Source of the DNA: Orbicella franksi
Lineage: Eukaryota
Assembly: GCA_964199315.1 (NCBI GenBank)
Contig: OZ116701.1
Coordinates: 24,738,001 to 24,802,000, forward strand
Direction of reading: 5' to 3'
DNA: 64,000 nucleotides
Position 1 is the first letter of the stretch. Each line of letters starts with the position of its first letter. The notes under the pieces are model-generated. The model was not told where the DNA came from and did not search any database. It saw only the letters and a list, made by a program, of their open reading frames with translations. Made by a program: the position numbers and the translations under genes. Below, one piece after another: positions 62,501-64,000 of this stretch.

Positions 62501-63040
62501 TATTTAGATTTTCACCATAACCCTAAGTGGGTATAGGGCCTGACAAAGACTATTTATTGGAAATTTAAAGCACCATCACATTGCTAAATAGGTTTACTAC
62601 AGAGCAGCAGGAGTAGCTAGTCTATCCACGAAGTGGTTTCCAATTTACCTGTAGTAATTTTAATCCCATGTTGAACCTCTTTAACACAGAAAGAGGAAAA
62701 TCCTTAATTACATCAAACAGGCTTGGCCTTTGGGGTCTCCAGCACCAAGGTTTAGAAATAATCCAGAAGCAACAAAGAAAATGCTTGTTGTCGTTGACAC
62801 CCTTGGCAAGGACAAGGGATTTACTTTACCAAGGCTTGCACTGGGGAGGAATGCTATATTGCAAATTATACACAAACACATGGATGAATGATGATGTAAG
62901 GAGTCTGAGCAGCTGGAAGTGACTAGCAGACTGTGTCTTGTAAGCAGCAGTGAAAGTGAAACCACAAGTAATACGAGTGGAGACAGCCCAGAAAGTGATG
63001 AGGCAAAGTCAAATAAATTGGATGATTAGTACAACACAGG
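56545..63040 (+). pseudogene. Decayed spliced SAM-domain gene, SAM exon split by the LINE
   Basis: Joining 56878-56941 to 61487-61640 gives WSVAEVKD(fs)WVLKTFRSETVS-GKFEQEDIDGHILLS...IEKLGLDTSGKEGKF(fs)LGEINEL, a SAM pattern. ATG 56545; further exon-like blocks near 62141-62257 and 62760-63040. Confidence 0.65.
56942..61483 (+). mobile_element. Near full-length CR1/L2-group LINE, decayed
   Basis: 5' UTR; ORF1 about 57054-57804 (coiled coil; IFISESLT); ORF2 with PHD finger (57881-58162), APE endonuclease (HFNIRSL, GLSET, MGDFN, IDNIF, TDHLP) and RT (YRPISLL, FLDFSKAFDTV, GVPQSSVLGP, FADD); AATAAA then (TTG)6 tail 61466-61483; CAG duplicated at both junctions. Confidence 0.92.
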
Positions 63041-63637
63041 TGAGCCATGTGTAATTCAGATTGCTACCTTTCTGGTACATTCTGGGTTGTGATAATTTAC
63101 ATGGATCATTCCAATAAGTGCCATATTTCTAACAAGCACCTTTTGTTTTCTCTTTTTAATACACTGTAAGTACCCTGTCTTCAGTACGCACCCCTAAATA
63201 AGAGGGAAGGTTTCAGTTCTTGGTAACTCTTGCTCTTGTTTTGCTTTGATGACTTGAGTTCAGGATCACAATCTCAGTTTTTTTCTAGCTAGCCTGTTAA
63301 TGCTGATTGAGATTCTAGGGTAATTTTGACCACCCTTTATCATTTTATTTTATTTATTGGCTATTGATACAGTATTTGGATAGTTAATACAGTATTGTAT
63401 ATAGAAAGTTCTCCTCATCAGCATCGGCAGGATAGCTATGATAGAAGTCCAATGACAGGAATGACTAACGCATCTTGAGCTACCTTAAATTGTACACATT
63501 TTAGGTTTGATTTTACTGTAGAATTCTACTTATTTGGAAATAAGTAGCTGGCTGAAAAACCATTTTTAAGTTGTTTTTTTTGTAAAAAAAATACCTCTTA
63601 GTCAGCGCATTGGGTATGTTATGGACGGGTCAATGGA

Positions 63638-63682
63638 TGAGTGAGTGAGTGAGTAAATGAGTGAGTGAGTGAGTGAGTGAGA
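63638..63682. repeat. (GAGT)n microsatellite, probably inside a small dispersed repeat
   Basis: About 10 GAGT units with one interruption, followed by GTATGTATG. Confidence 0.85.
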
Positions 63683-64000
63683 GATGTATGTATGTCACAC
63701 CAATCAGATTGGATCTACTATAAACAGCCAATCAAATTTCTTGTTGTAAAGGTAAATGGTATGTAAGAAGATTTGATTCCAATACAGTTTAGAACAGCCA
63801 TATTTATTCTTCTATAAAAGAGGAGGAAGTATTCATATATTTGGTTTACTTCGACATTTTATGTGGGTTAGGCTGAGGATTTTAGTTAAATGAACGAGAT
63901 GAGCCTTCGGTTCGTGAGTTAGTAGTATGTAAATGCAACGAGATATTAGTTACAAAGGTAACTTGATTCTTTTGTTTTTTGCAAGGAGTAAATTCAATTA

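Noticed and set aside
63968-63988. TTTGTTTTTTGCAAGGAG as the far terminus of CACTA element 2
   Set aside because: Resembles the reverse complement of CCCTTGCAAAACAAA, but lacks the terminal GGG, the subterminal TTCCAG repeats, the AA TSD and the resumed transposase exon; could be a splice acceptor.
1-64000. tRNA, rRNA or conventional host protein genes
   Set aside because: None recognised; every recognisable coding stretch is a TE gene or appears to be TE cargo.

Overview
AT-rich eukaryotic DNA with GT-AG introns. I found no ordinary host gene: the 64 kb is a stack of nested transposable elements. The repeat content resembles stony-coral/cnidarian genomes (inference only). In order: (1) the 3' part of a Ty3/Gypsy element; (2) a Helentron (Rep, PIF1 helicase, APE endonuclease) cut into three pieces by a complete Gypsy element (5-bp TSD) and by a 16-kb nest (HINE-like element > Harbinger-type MITE > Sola1 element > L1/Tx1 fragment plus complete BEL/Pao element); (3) a CACTA/EnSpm-like element from 29150 with a spliced transposase and a divergent spliced BEN-domain gene, whose intron holds a complete 8.4-kb Sola1 element with an intact transposase and its own 5-exon BEN gene; (4) a second CACTA-like element from 48646, inserted into a transposase exon of the first, with an intact intronless 1178-aa ORF (unknown 180-aa leader ending in the ubiquitin-tail motif LRLRGG, two C2H2 fingers, transposase); (5) a 136-bp insert carrying a type I hammerhead ribozyme between 14-bp direct repeats; (6) a decayed SAM-domain gene split by a near full-length CR1/L2-type LINE. 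The most notable items are the LRLRGG transposase, the hammerhead insert, the partner genes shared across transposon superfamilies, and the strong co-orientation of the elements. All boundaries, TSDs, splice sites and translations were read by eye; no database searches were run.
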